Below, piece by piece: positions 35,301-50,300 of a stretch of DNA of 64,000 nucleotides. Source of the DNA: Tubiluchus corallicola (lineage: Eukaryota > Animalia > Priapulida); the NCBI GenBank assembly GCA_030141605.1, contig JAQGDQ010000023.1:744001-808000 (forward strand), in the 5' to 3' direction. The notes under the pieces were generated by a model that saw nothing but the letters and a program-made list of their open reading frames with translations, was not told the DNA's origin and ran no database searches. The position numbers and the translations under genes were made by a program. Position 1 is the first letter of the stretch, and each line of letters opens with the position of its first letter.

Positions 35301-38300
35301 CATTTACAAAACAATATAATACATTAAGTGTTAATTTTATTTAAAAGAATATATTAGACAAAATAAGAAAGATGATTTGAAAGCCGTCGCACACTCTGAC
35401 CAAACATTACCTATTTTGCTTCAGAATTTCAGATGTTACTTCTATTACAGCTATTTGCCTTTCCAGCAGTTGAAAATACTGGATGGGCCAATTAATGACT
35501 AACACTGTATCCACTTCAGCGAAGTTCAGCAGATGGGTCAACAAATATTCTGGAAGCTCTTATGCCAGGGACGTGTCATCACCACTTTTACAATTTAGTC
35601 AAAATTTAAAAAAGTTTAATCTAATTTAAAGCACAGCTTGACCCGATACATGGATAGAATCTATTATAGAAGTGAAAGTAATTTGTCCATATCCATAGCC
35701 TGCTTTTTTATCCATATCCCGCAAAAGCTTGTTTATACAAAAAACCTCTTTTTTCACTCAGAGGCTCTAGTGCTTGTAAGAACTAGGAAATGAGAAAACC
35801 AACAAAAATGTCTCAAAAGAAACTTGCCTCTGGATATCGTGAAGACAAAACGTGTGCTTGCAACAAGACTAGTGATCGTTGAACTAACACACCAAACATT
35901 GTCATGCCAAGACTCAAAGCATGAAGCTGTTGTACTGAAATGGTTTCAGTGCTTTCCTGTGTGCCTATAAAAATAAATAATAATAATAATAATAACAGTT
36001 TATTAAAAATGCACTCAAAATGAAGATGTCAGTGCTTTTTACTATAAAATTGAAAAAGATAAAAAAAATCATGCAATCACTCGCAATAAAAATAATTATG
36101 CAGTTATAATTTAAAAGAAATAGCTACATATGAAGCTGAATAAAAATTTGCAGTTACAGTTTATGATAAAAATAGTTAAAACAGATAATTTAAAATTTAT
36201 AGGTTAAAATTTGTAGAAAAATGAATAGAATACAGAGTTACTGAAATGAATAAAAGGTCATTGGGACAAAAAAAGAAAATACAGATGCAAAAATACATAA
36301 AACAATAACCAAAATCATTAATATGAAAAGAGTCATGATAAATGAAATAGCAGCATTTGATAGAATTGTACTATTTGATATGTACACTTGATATGTACAA
36401 GCACCACACATCACTATAGCTAAAATGCTTACTTCGCAATGCAGTATTATGTATACTGTACATATTTATCACAGTATGCTGCAGTAGATTTTCCAGGCTG
36501 ATAGGGAAGGGAACATGCTGTACCAGTGTATAAAATTCTTCCATAGACTGCAAAGCTACCACTGGAAATGACTCCATCCTTAAACAGTGCAAAAAACATA
36601 TATAAGCTGGTCACTAACTACATGGCAAATGATTAAGATGAGACAGCCTTCAAAAAGATCTATATGAAACAGTTCTAAATGAAAATGAAAAATTATTCAA
36701 AGTAATTAACATGTGTAATACAGCAACTACAGTATTCCACTTACCCTATCTTTGTGAACAATTTGCCATGGGCATGAAGAAAATTCTGCACAAATCTTCT
36801 GCTTAGCTAGAAAAATAATTACTAATTTTAAAAGAAATTTTAAACAAAAAATTGCAAATATTGACATAGTCTGCTATTAACGTTATAGCCAAATTGCAAA
36901 AAATATTTCAGTTATAAATTTAATATAAAATTATTTTTACTTAAACTTGAATAAAAAATCAACTGTGCAAAAATATTCCACAACTGATATTTATTGGAAA
37001 TTTGTTTAAAACTTGAATGAAGGTAGTCAAAATATTGCAAGTATAGCTTTTTTGCATATGTTATGCTCTCAGTTTCACATGCTGTGACGCTAAAAATGTG
37101 TAACACAGAGTGAAAGATTAAAATTTATAGTTTCAGAAAAATAGAAGACACCTAGCATTTAACTGCATGGTGTTATTTAGATTTTATGCAATTGGCATTT
37201 CCCCCATTTACACAAACAATAACTTTTGCTCGAGTACTATGAACAAAAAAGTCTTGTGTGGCACTTCGTTTAGGATCTTAGAAGGAATTTCATAACTCTT
37301 TAGAAAGAACTTTGTTACAAGGCACTTGAACTACTTTGAAAATTATTTCCATCAGGAAGAATGAGAACAACTGCCACTCAGCAAGTTTGATTAGAGAATT
37401 AGAAGATGGTTAGCAAATCTTGTTTTTACGTCAAAAATTATTTTTAGCTGAAAAACTACTCATCAATACACATACTTTCTCTTCATAATATGCATGCTGG
37501 AAGCATGATTATACAAAGAGATATTTGTAACTGACTTGAGACTGACTCTTTATCAACAATATCCCTCTAAAACAACCTACTAAGCAAAGTTGTTCAGCCT
37601 CATTTGGATGTGCATAAATGCTCCCTCTACAGAGGTGACAGTAGCGGCAACAGCAGCTTATTATTCAAGTACTTCAGAAGAACTTTAGAACACACGGTTT
37701 ACAATATAAGTTTTACCACACACACAAAGCCCAGGAACCCTATCAGCCAGCCTAGTACTACAAAGTGGTGTCTATTAGCTTAGCCGATATCAATACCGGT
37801 ACCCAGTTACGTACAGTAAATTAAAATGTTTATGTGCCAATTTCAGTTTAATCCCATTTAAAAGTTGGGTGTTTTGCTGAGTTACTAGTGCAAATATTAA
37901 TCACTCAGTCAAAAGACAAATTTTACCTCACAAAACACAATTTTAAGACAAATAAGTAAAAGTAAACTCAGTTTCAGTCTGCTACTGTACAAAGATGGAA
38001 ATTAACATTAGCGAAACTCAACCTAGAAGCTCATTCACACCTCTACAACAGACAATCGCTCTAATTCCGGAAGCCCTTCTGCATCCGGACCAGATCGACT
38101 TCCCGTTCCATTAGGATGAGTCCAAACCTCACGAAATACCCTCGTATCACGTTTTTCGACTACAACTTTCTTTTTCTCAGCATTTTCTTTTTCTCTTGCA
38201 TCATGCTGAAATGTCAACAAATACTAAATAAACAAAAATATATAAGCAAAAAACAAATAATAGGATAATTATGGGTGGGAAATCAAATAGAGACACAAAA

Positions 38301-41300
38301 AACAAAATTTCATTTCACGACATAGCTTAGTTATTGTAAATTTAACATCACAATACGCCATAACATATTCAGTATGAAGCCATGGTAGGCACTGTAACTG
38401 CCAAGTGATCGTAAGGCTGCAGATAGAAATGGTTATTTGTTCTGGATTGTCCTGTAATGTTATTAGATTTCTAAGTACATTTTACAAATATTCTGCTGTT
38501 CAAAATGGTAGGCATATGTTACCGAAACATTAATTTTTAATTTTAATATTTAGTCATTAAGAATTATTAAGTCAGCCATTTTGGTAATTATCAACTGCCA
38601 GACCGTCACCAAGCCAAATCACTTGCAATGTGAAAATCTTGCCTAAACTTTGTTATGCATGACTGTAAAGGTATTCAATTTGAAACAAATCACTTGCAGT
38701 GTGAAAATCTTGCCTAAACTTTGTTATGCATGACTGTAAAGGTATTCAATTTGAAACAAATCACTTGCAATGTGAAAATTTTGCCTAAACTTTGTTATGC
38801 ATGACTGTAAAGGTATTCAATTTGAAACAAATTTCTAGGGCAGGTTTGTTAGGTTTTAATTTTGAGCAAAAATATATTTTAACAATATAATTTAGTTTAG
38901 ATATAATTTAGCAAAGCACAAATTTTGTATGAAATTAGCTGTCACCCACTTGCTTCACAGGCTCAAATAATAAAGTGCAAGTGGCCAGTCCTGTCACCTG
39001 TTGCCATTATAAACACAAACAAAAATTGCTGTGTATGCTGTAAGTTTGCAAAAAATTATAACACAAGGATAAGTATTTTCAAATTACTCGCCTACCTGCT
39101 ATTCAGTGAAGTGTAAACCGGCAAGCATTTTCATTTTGGACAAATGGTTTTGTGCGACTCATTTAACATGCAGATCTATTAATGGGCTCTAGGTATATTT
39201 TAACTGCATCGCATTAAACATCTCAACAAACCTTTTTTCTTATCTCTTCAAAAACCAAAGCTAAGCTTTCTCTAGCTGACGCAAATGGCGTACTGGTAGC
39301 CAAACTTCGCATGTAATAATACACTGCATCCAATTTTCGTTTCTACAGCAGAAAATAACCAAGTATAGAATATAGCTATAAATAAAGCCAATTATACAAA
39401 TGCGGTTACAAAAACTAATGCAAACAACCTCTGGTGGTATCACAAAATAAAACAAAATCTTATCATTTAAATTAAAGAACTTAAGAATTAGCAATATCAT
39501 TACTGTTGCATAGTCAAACAAGAAATGCTAGTTACAAAGATTATTGTAATAAGACATTAGAATATTTACAAGTAAAACGGATAAAAACATGTTCATGAAG
39601 AATTTGCAACAAACCAGAACTCAAAGAGCAGCTAAATTTTGAAATTAAAACTGCCAAGCTTCAGTCACAGCATGTCCCAATTCTTAAGAACGCCACTTGC
39701 AGTTAAGGTTGATAATGTTCAAAAACCAATTTGTCAAATTTTTACATTCTCAACTATAATAAAACAGAAGGTAAATGTGATCTAAATTCTTAAACAAACC
39801 TCTTAAAAACCACTGCCATCCTGAAATATTTTTGAACAACACCTACAATGCATATTATTATTTTTATATAAACTGAATAAGCCACAAAAGCTCTTATACA
39901 ATAACTTATATCATACCGTATAATGCGCCAGTAAAGCCAACTGGTTATAAACACGTCCACTTTTAGGCCATAGCTTCTGTGCTTTAATGTACCAGCTGAA
40001 ACAGATTTTAACGAATTACAGTTACTATGATTTTATTTAACATTACCAAGATTAAGTACAATAACAAGAAAAGCCTTAGCATTACCTTTAATCTCCAGCC
40101 AAAAATGAACATTTTATTTCAAAGTGTTTAGCTTTGCTAACACGTTACAGTTTGCATAAAAAAGTAGTACCACTATTGTGCTAAAAAACAATGTTGCAAA
40201 ATTTACACCAGGAAGACAGAAGAAGAGCAGGAAGTACTCACAGTCCAGCTGTTTTTCATTCAAATCTTTAAATTACTTTGATATCTGCTATATGACTAAA
40301 AATCATGGCTCTATGCAAAAAGATTCTATGAACAGACAGACTCGAAAAGAATTAGTACTGCACATCTGGCATTTCAATATTGATTAAAATGCGTCAACAT
40401 GGTAAAGAGAAGTACAGTGCCATTGAAAGATCCATTGGTCATTACAAATGAAAACAGCACAAGGCAACAGTAAACATGTAAAAAATGCTTTCCTTTTTGT
40501 TGCATACTGTCTATTTATCTAAAGATGCTAGCTATATAAAAATGAATTAAGGAACGACTTTGTTATCAAGCGGAAATCAAATCAAATTTTATTTGACCTA
40601 GCATTAGACAGTATATACAACATCTATCACAGTTACAAAAACTCACTTTCTAGCCCTGCCATAGTTAGATGTGTCATTTACTTGTTCCTTGTATCTGGCA
40701 ATGTCCCCTAAGCAAAGATAATACCGATGTGCGCTTAATATTCCTAATTTCAATTCCCGTTTTGGCTGCTCCGGGCGAATGAAATCCGGTTGCAAAAAAG
40801 TATTCAGATCTAAACTGTACATGCGTTGAATTTTCTCTAACAACTCTTCATAGAAGTTTGCGCCCTGCAAATAATAAACATGACCTTCTGTTCAAATCCA
40901 ACACCTTTTATATACATATTCTATGACAGGCCTATTAAATGCTAACATTGTTGAACTACATTTAAGAAACATACCACATTTTCTTATTCACATTTATTTA
41001 GCACACGTAGTTTTTTAATTAATGAAATTATGTTTGCAGTAGCATAAAGCAATTTGTTAGTAATGTTTACTTTAATTGCAAAATTCAAACAAAAAAAACA
41101 GCTCAGTATACTGCACTTTTTCACAGGCATTTATAGTTTAAAGTCTGTTATTGTTATAAAAAATACAAGAAACATTATTTGCGTAAATGTTTGCATGTGC
41201 ATACGAAAAGTAAACAACAAAATTTTGCTTTGTAAATCTTATTCAACACACCACATCTGGTTCAAGATTCTATTAAAAGAGCTGAAAGCAAGACTGTTTA

Positions 41301-44300
41301 GATTACAATTTCTCAAATATAATTATCATTTTTTGAATGTAGTTGTTACAAATGCAGGATTTACATTACTTGTTCTAATACTCGCAGAAGGCACGATTTG
41401 ATCTCAGATTTTTCCTCTTCGCTCTTAGTTTCATCTATCTGCCTTCGGAAGTCTTCGATTACCTTGAAAAACACCGGTGTCGTGAACAAAGGCGAATGAA
41501 AAGAAAATAAAGCAACGAAAACAAAATGTATAACATTTATATTTTTGGATCCAGCACGAACTGCAGGTTCCCTAAAGCTCAGACATGTTGTTATTGTAGC
41601 ACTCATATTATGAAGCTATAATAACAGTGAATACGTTCCATGATTTTATTATGGAAATTACTTACTTTACAAGAAATGAGCAAAATAGGATATGAAGGTT
41701 CCAAGCACATAGGCCAGATCCATTCTAGTTTTTTAAACTGTTAAAAATCTAGAAATAATGATTCAGAAAGTATAATGTAACCACAGCATTTAGAATGGAA
41801 GTACTAATGTGTTTGGATTTGGCACGTATTATTTATTTAGGCACAAGTGTACATATCATTTCAGACATTTCTTGTAAAGGTAATAATTCATTGTTGACGT
41901 GCAATAAAAATAGCCAGGTACCAAAAACAAAACATTTTCGAATCAGTTGATTTTGCTAAGCATATTTTACATGAAAAAATTAGTAGTACAACGTCGAAGC
42001 CGATACGGCTAAATCATTTTACATGAAAAAATTAATGTATTGCAAATAAAAATGTTTTTAAGTTTTTTATTTTTTATCAGAATCTAAATGCTCCATTAAT
42101 AATTAATATTTCTGTAATTTGCTGGCATATAAAAAAGTTACACCGACCTTGTAAAATACCCGTTTCCACATATCTTGCTCCAATCCATGTTTTTTGTTTA
42201 AATCGGGATCTATTAAAACCAGCTCCTCAAATTTGCCTTGCAACTGCAATCTGACAAGTACAAATATTAAATTACAATCACGTTTTCATTAAAGCAACGT
42301 ACTTCTAGTTTTATGTTTCAGACATTCAAATCATCCCATGGGAAAGCAAAATTAAAAGAAATGAATTGTCACAAAGCAGGTATACTTGTGCTAACCTTTA
42401 ACATGCTGGGGGTAGACAAATTCGAAGTGAAGCAAGCCATGTACAATTTTAGCTGGTACCCTTCATTCTGTCAATTTTTGTGAATTTTTCAAGTTAAGAA
42501 TCACTTCATGCTTTTTCGCTTACCTTAAATGTAAGATATGGTTCCTATCACCATCCAAATAATATGGTTTACATAGAAGTCTAGACAGACATGACTCAAT
42601 GTTATTTAGTTCTACTAAAACAACCTCTGCCTTAGAATAAGCACCGGGTTGACCATGCAGCTGGGTTTGCTCATCTGGTCTAGAAAATCAGAAAATTACT
42701 TAAAATATATAAAGCAATGATATAATAGTAGAAATATATATACAAACAAATACACATACAGTTAAAAAATGAAGTACCCTGTTATGAGATCTATTTGTTA
42801 ACAAAAAATGTAATAAAATCAAAAATGCAAGAGCAGAGGTTGAATGTGATAAAATAATCAGGACACAAAAAATGTAAAACTGCAAAATCTGTTTTTACCT
42901 TGATTTTAAACTTTTTCATATGGCAATGGAATAAATATTTCAATTTTTAAACCTTTTAAAACCAAACATGGCCAACATGGAAAAAATATGGTTTTAAAGA
43001 CTGAGCATGGAAGAGCAAAGATACAACCACAATTTGAACCGTAGGCCTTTGGATTAGAAGTCTGACACATTTGGACTACAGAGTCTCTTGTGATGAAGGC
43101 ATGGCTTAAATTAATCACATTAAATTAATTAGCTCATCAACACAAATTAGCATTTCCAAGTGTTAAACTACTCACGCTAAACTAACACATACAAATATGG
43201 TTACTTATTTTAGAGCTTAAACTAATCTGCAAGTAATCAATCAATTATTTAGAATTTTAAAGTCAAGATTATCAATTAATGATCCAACAATTATAGGTTT
43301 ACTGATCATAGAAAGGTAAAATGTACCTTTGATAATACCAGGGAATATAAGTGTCTGGGTAAGCCATAGATCCACCGGATCCTCTATAATAAGTATCACC
43401 CTGTTGGAAACCAACATTATAATTCGACTGCTCGTTCAGTCTTGCTCTTTCAAGCATCAACGCTTGATATTTCGGATCATATCGAATATCAACAGCTGGC
43501 ATTCGACACGCTTGCGAAGGCGATTCTTTTGGAAAAGAATTTGGCGAGTACGGCGTGTTTTCACTAGAAGGTGATGCAGTCATCCTCCCTGACGTCTGCT
43601 CATCTCGATTACTTGTATTTACAAAGACTAGAGAAGAATCACGACCATAACAGTGATATTGCTGTGAAGGAGAATTGAAGTTCTGGACACTATGCTTGTT
43701 GTAAACCACATTTTCTGAAAATGATGATCCTGAATTGGCAGGTAAATGCAGCACACCCGGCACATGAGAGGTAATTTGTTCGCCTGAGAGCCTTTGTTGG
43801 CATGGTGGGGATTTGTACAACTCATCAAAACAATTATCTGTGGAAGCTCTTCTCATTGTGCTCGGACTAGGCGTCATTCTACTTTGCTCATGATCAGAAA
43901 TTTTACTTGGTTGTCCCTTCTGCTTTTCTAAATACTTTGCTTGTAACCTTGGTGGCAAGTTTCCCATTTTATCAGCTAAAGGATTCTTGCTCTTCGGGAA
44001 CACTTCAGCATCACAGTCAGCACGACGAGTTTGTAGTCCCCTTTTTACAACATTACATTTGTCTGGCTCACGCCTCCATGAGGGATCTTTATCAGCACGA
44101 GCATAATGACTGTCTCTATTAACATCATTTCTTTTCCCATAGTTCAACCTGGTGGAGGTAAAACGCATGGTTTTCTCTGAATGTTTCTGCCAAACTTGTG
44201 CTTCAGTAGCATCACTATTACTGCGGTTCCTACAAAGCGTTATGAACTACATTACACACAAAAACTAGCAACCAATGCTGCATTACAGCTTATGCCTAGC

Positions 44301-47300
44301 ATCAGTTGTCTTGCAGCAGACAAGTCACACTCAATGTCATCATGTAACTTTATTACTAAAAAGCATGCCGTCAGCATATAAGCTCTCAGCTAATAAACGG
44401 GCCAGAGCAGATATCGCTGCTATCTCAGGGACAAATTTTACCATTTTTTATTTGTTATACATCTTATGACTATTATAAGTGTTTGCGAAAGCCAAAATGA
44501 AAGTACATTGCTACTATATAACATTCAGTGTGAAATACAACACATTTTAAGTTTGAAATTCAAATTTGAAGTTTTCCTCTCACGCATGACCGCTCGAATG
44601 TGTGTAATATCTCACAACAGAATATTTTTGAACTGAGAGGTACAGCACGCATTTTGCATTTCTGACATCTAGGCGTTAATGCCCGTCTAATGGTCTACCC
44701 TACGAATGGCAAAATGCACGCAACTAGTCGCATGAAAGCGAAATTATGGTTCTGAAGTCCTTCACATCATTCTTAAAAATTTAGTACGTTCAATTTTAAT
44801 ATCTTATAAAGTAGATTGTTTCAAGTTATAATTTAAGACTGGGTCAGGTTTTCTTATAAAATAGAAATGTTTAAGATTGGGTTGGGTTTTCTTATAAAAT
44901 AGAAATGTTAAATTTGACCTTTAATCAATACATACCTGTTATTAAATTGCTGTATCGCTAGGTTTTCAATGCTTTCGGATTTGGTTATGCGTGTCCTAGT
45001 TCTAGAACTTCTCATCTTCTGATGTCCTTTTGATTGCCATTGGAGGCTTTAGATTAAAATTTAAATTACAATAAACAAATTTACATGAAACTAAGATCAT
45101 GTAATTCATTTACGCTTCTAAAGTTAAAAAAGAATGCTACTTAAAACACTTTTATACATTCAGAATTGCACAATAACAGCACTTGAGTTTTTTGCTGAAC
45201 AATTTGACCAATAAAACTTGACACGAGAAGCTTGTGAAACCTTATCACTATGAAAAATTGAACAATGAAAAAAATCATAAAAATGAATGCATTGAAATAA
45301 ACACGTTTTTGAATCATAGCAATAAAGAAATATGAAAGTACAAGAACACTCACTTGCCTAGTTTTTGTACCAAGTTTTCAAGCTAACCTAAAGATCATAC
45401 AGCTTGTTGAACAAGGTTAGAAGTTAATATTCAAAGTTTAGTATACCTCAAATTTACGCCATAGGCAAATTTGTTCAACACATACCAAACTGCTTTGGCC
45501 AATAAAAATTCTGCATACTGCATACACATTATTTCAGTGAATAAATACACTATAATTTACCTCTCACCATCTTGCTTTTCACTCATATTCGCATCCTTAA
45601 TGCCCTGGTCAGAATGCTGCAAACCACGAAGAGGAGTCTCCATTGAACGAGTCATTCGTTGAGCCTTTTTCTTTTTACTTCGATTATAGCGACGAGGCAG
45701 TGAATGTGACTCAACTGATTTTACAGCACTCCAACTCTGTGATATACGAATTTAGTTTAATTTTGAATTAAAAATGCAAACAACAGACTTCAAAATGCTA
45801 AAAAAGAAGTGATACATCAGGGTACCGTTTTGTATGAAGCTGATTAATGTATTGGAGGCTAAAAATTATTGTATATTTGTCCAAAATCCACAATCATTGC
45901 AAAATTTCAGAAAATTATTACAAATATGCACTCAATAAGTAACTATAACACCAAAAAGTAGCACTAATAAATGTCAAATTAAATTTGTTAAAACACAGAA
46001 AATGTCACTAATTTCTGCACATGCAAAACCAAGCTTAATCAATGTCATAATGAGCATTCTTTTTTGAAATTACATTTTTTCAAGAAACTGGGACCATTAC
46101 TGCAATCAGCATGCTTCAGACTACAAAGATATCAAAGTACAATTACTTCCCAACGCTTTATATGTTTTCAGTGCACAATTTTTCAAACTTGCATTTTTTG
46201 TTTCGTATTTAAATAATTATCGTATAATCTGCTTTGATACAGCATGAAGCCTCAAATTAGCATATATTCTAATGATTATCATATAAATAGCAACTCTTAA
46301 GCTTGGTACCTCTCCGTATAAGTAAGTGCTATTAAGTTGTCATGGTAACTAACAATGCAACATGTTCTTAAACTGATAGATAGTTGTTGATGAATCATGC
46401 TTTACACTCATGCATGTGTCACATATAAAGGCTGACATAAATGGTAAAAGTTATGCGAAGAGCAGGTAAAAAAATTGTCTTTGAAAGGACTGTCCAAGTA
46501 TTGATATAATTAAGTATGAAGCTTAGATGTTTATTCTGAAAATATGTTTAGTGGTAATTTAGTTAGATAATTATTCTAAATGGCTATTCAATTGCTTGGA
46601 GGTGGAGCTTCCAAAAACAGAAAAGTGAAACAATGGGGCAGTTCCAGTTCCCTCCAAAGGCTACGTCTCGTTTTAATAGGTCATGTACACCCCTCCCGAA
46701 CTCACCACTGGCATAGTTTCGAGACCTTAACTCAAACGCCTGACGAAATACCAAACAAAAACTGCCATGAGTCTAAGATACAGTTTAGCACAGAACATGC
46801 TAATCTCATTAAATCAGAAATCAGGTTATTATTGAGAAAGTAAATCTGACACAGTCAACACTTATTCATTATGGCAAAATTGAGCTGAAATAAGCAATGG
46901 GCATTCAAATTACTGAATTCAAAAGAGTATCAATAGTCGTAAACGACAACAGCAGAAACTCCAATTCTAAAGCAATGTTCATTGATATTCCTGTCAAAAA
47001 AATGTTTTAGTTCTTTCTATTATAGAATAAGGCTCTAATGATTTTCTACGTACACAATTTCCTAGAACCATACTGAGCACAATGGTTTACATACTGTAAC
47101 AAACATAAAAACCAATCACCCACCTCATCTGCTGAGTTAATGCCACTGAAGGCACTTCGCTGCCAATCTTCTAGCTGCTCATCATCAAAATCATCCTGTG
47201 AACATTGTGATGATCCACGAGATCGCAGACTGCCACATGATCGTCTACATTCGCTCAAGCAACCCTGACTCAACTCTTCATCGACGATCTCAGACCAACT

Positions 47301-50300
47301 CATTGTACGCATCCTGGCCTCTCTTACATTCATGTCAATTAATTCATCGACACTAGTGTGGCCTAAAAATGCACATGGTACAGATTTCACGAAGTTCCAG
47401 TTCTCATGAAACTTCAACAGAACTGAAGCTTCGAAACTGAATCCGAAAAGAAGCTTTAATTCGATTTGATTTGTTAAAGTTCTATGTTACTTTACATCCA
47501 ACCTGATTCCAGAGAAATGAAAAAAAGAATCAGTTTAATCAGTTCGATTGCAGAAGCGGTTCGGCAGAGCCTTATTAGAAAGCAATTATGCAATCTTTTA
47601 CATTTAAATTTTTAAAACTGAATTGCTCAATTTTCTGCCTTTTTTGATAACTTTGTCCTACTTGAAATACACAAATGTCAGCACAGTTTCAGTTTCTGCA
47701 TATCCAAGAAATAAAATCTTATGAGCAAATGTGCAATACATTACAAAATGTGCAAGAAATGACACCCCAAGCCATTCGAAAAAGATTCGGTTTACAGATA
47801 TACCTAGAAAATCGAAATTCAAATTTGATTCTATTTCAAAAATTCTGTTAAATAGAGATATAGATTTGATCCAGATTCGAAAATTATTGTAAATGAGACT
47901 CAGATTCATTAATTTCATGATGATGACGAAAAACATTTTGAAGCCAGGAATTAAATAGGACTACAGAGGCACCAAAAACAAAGAAAAAAATCAGCTTTAA
48001 TAATTTTCAATTAGGAAAATATGCATAACAACAAGAAAATATAATTAATATGTGTAAATGGAAGTGAGAAAAGTGCTGCAAAAAATCAATAATGGTGATA
48101 TCAAGCTCAACCAACAAAAGCCCGTAGGATCTTAATTACTGTATAAAAGTGTTTTGTTAAAGTTCAGCACTTTAGCAACGAGCCGTTTTCGGAAAAACAA
48201 TTTTCGCAATGTCTCTAATTACAGAAACTTAGCATTCAACATTGTGAAAATAGAAAAGCTAACCTACCTCCAGTGTCAATAAATTGGCTACAGGACACGT
48301 TATTCCAATCGGCAGTGTCGGTTGTTTCTGAAAAACAGCTACTTGGTTCCTAGTAAATGAAAGCAACGTATAAAATGCTTTACATGTTCTCAAGCAAAAA
48401 AGCTATACAAGCAGCTTATGAAGATTACCTAAAATGAAACTACCTTACACTTTTATGAACATGTTACAATCTTTTTAATGTAAAAATTTTCATAAAACTA
48501 CATGATTCATACAGATTTATATTATAAAACACACAAACTTTACCACGTACCGTTTGCTTGCTTGAATTATTCTTCTCCACGACAGGTTTTTTATTCTTTT
48601 GCTGATTTTTTATCTTTTCTTCTTTATGAGTGATAATCTCATTTAATTCTCTATACCAGTTTTCCCTTTCAGGTATTGACAAATTCCCATTGTTTTGCAC
48701 ATCTTCACTCGATAGCAGTGAATCTTCATGTGAGGCTTCCCATTTGCCTGTAGATTCCCACTTACTTGTACCATGCTGCCTTTGCCTCACTCTCTGTGGT
48801 TGTGGTTTCTCATTTACAAAACACTCAGAGATCTTTTTATCTAAATCTGCACTTTCATAAATTTCGGTAGATACATGTGCACAGGTGGCTTTTGCCAAGT
48901 CTTGTGGGTCACTTGGCCAAGTGTATAATTTAGTTGATTTGGAACTTGTATCCCAGTCAGATTCTTCCTGAGTGCCATCACTGACATTTTTACCTGTTCT
49001 CACACTCTTATTAGAAAACTCAGCTAGCTTATCATCTAAATAGTCAGTCACATTTTTATGAGAAGATGTGCCTTTTTTCACATTAGCCTTTACTGGTTCT
49101 TTTAGTTTTACATTTGGCAGACTGGTATCATTCTTTGCTTGTTTACCTTCACTACTTTGTCGAGCAGAATAGTTATGTCTGTTACGACGAAAATCAGAAT
49201 ATGATCGTACAGCAACAGGTGCAGACGGAACTTCCCCAACTTTTGGTATTCGATATTCGTCAGATTCACTCTTAGATGTGGGAGAATCATCAGCCCTTGT
49301 TTTTGGTGAAACTTTTTGCTTGTTGTGCTCAACCGGACTACGTTTAGAACGCTGAGATGGGCTACTGGTTCTGATTGGAGTCTTGGGCATTTCTTTCACC
49401 ATAGACCTACTGTTTCCACTTTCACAAGCAGGTAATGTTTCTACAAGAAAATAGCCAATATTATAGTTACCAGAGTTAGATTTAGTTGTTAAGAAGATAT
49501 GTACGTATAACTTCACAACATAGACCACTACATTTTGTTTGTACAAACACTACTACAGTAGAAATTAAATGACAATTAACTATAATAGTCAATGACACAC
49601 ATAAATAATGATATCAATGGTATATGTAGTCAAAAGTGACTTATATCAAGCAAATGAGATAAATGTGTAAACACAGTGTAGTTCTGTATGCTACAGAATA
49701 ATAGTAAATGCTACGATTACAAAACACAGCATTCACAAAATTGTGCAGAAAATGTCAATGACAGTTTATATATAAAAAATATTTGCCTTGAGACGGCTCA
49801 GGTTTTGATGCCTGCTGTCGATGTTTGGGCACGTAAATTGCTTGAGCAGGACGACGTGAACGTTTAACAGTCTTCTCACTCAAGCAACTCAATGACTGCT
49901 TCTCTGCATTATTGCACGTTGAAGTATCGTCGCTCATAACAGGTGACTGTTTCATAAAACGCTTGGTTTGATTAGGGGACAGCTCTGAAACATCGCTCTG
50001 AACAAGCGACTGTTTTGCTACATCGTTGCTTTGATTAGGTGAAGGTTTTCCAGCACTGTTGCTTTGATTAGGTGAATGTTTTCCAACATTATTGCTTTGA
50101 TTAGGTGACTGTTTTCCAACATTGTTGCTTTGATTAGGTGAATGTTTTCCAACATTATTGCTTTGATTAGGTGACTGTTTTCCAACATTGTTGCTTTGAT
50201 TAGGTGAATGTTTTCCAATATTATTGCTTTGATTAGGTGACTGTTTTCCAACATTGTTGATTTGATTAGGAGACTTCTTCGCAGTATCATTGCACTTCAC

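Noticed and set aside
38615-38832. Possible CRISPR-like array
   Set aside because: Full-unit 71-bp tandem copies with no spacers and no cas genes.
47400-47920. TTCGA-rich segment with weak inverted ends
   Set aside because: Probably a decayed MITE, but the TIR and TSD could not be defined.
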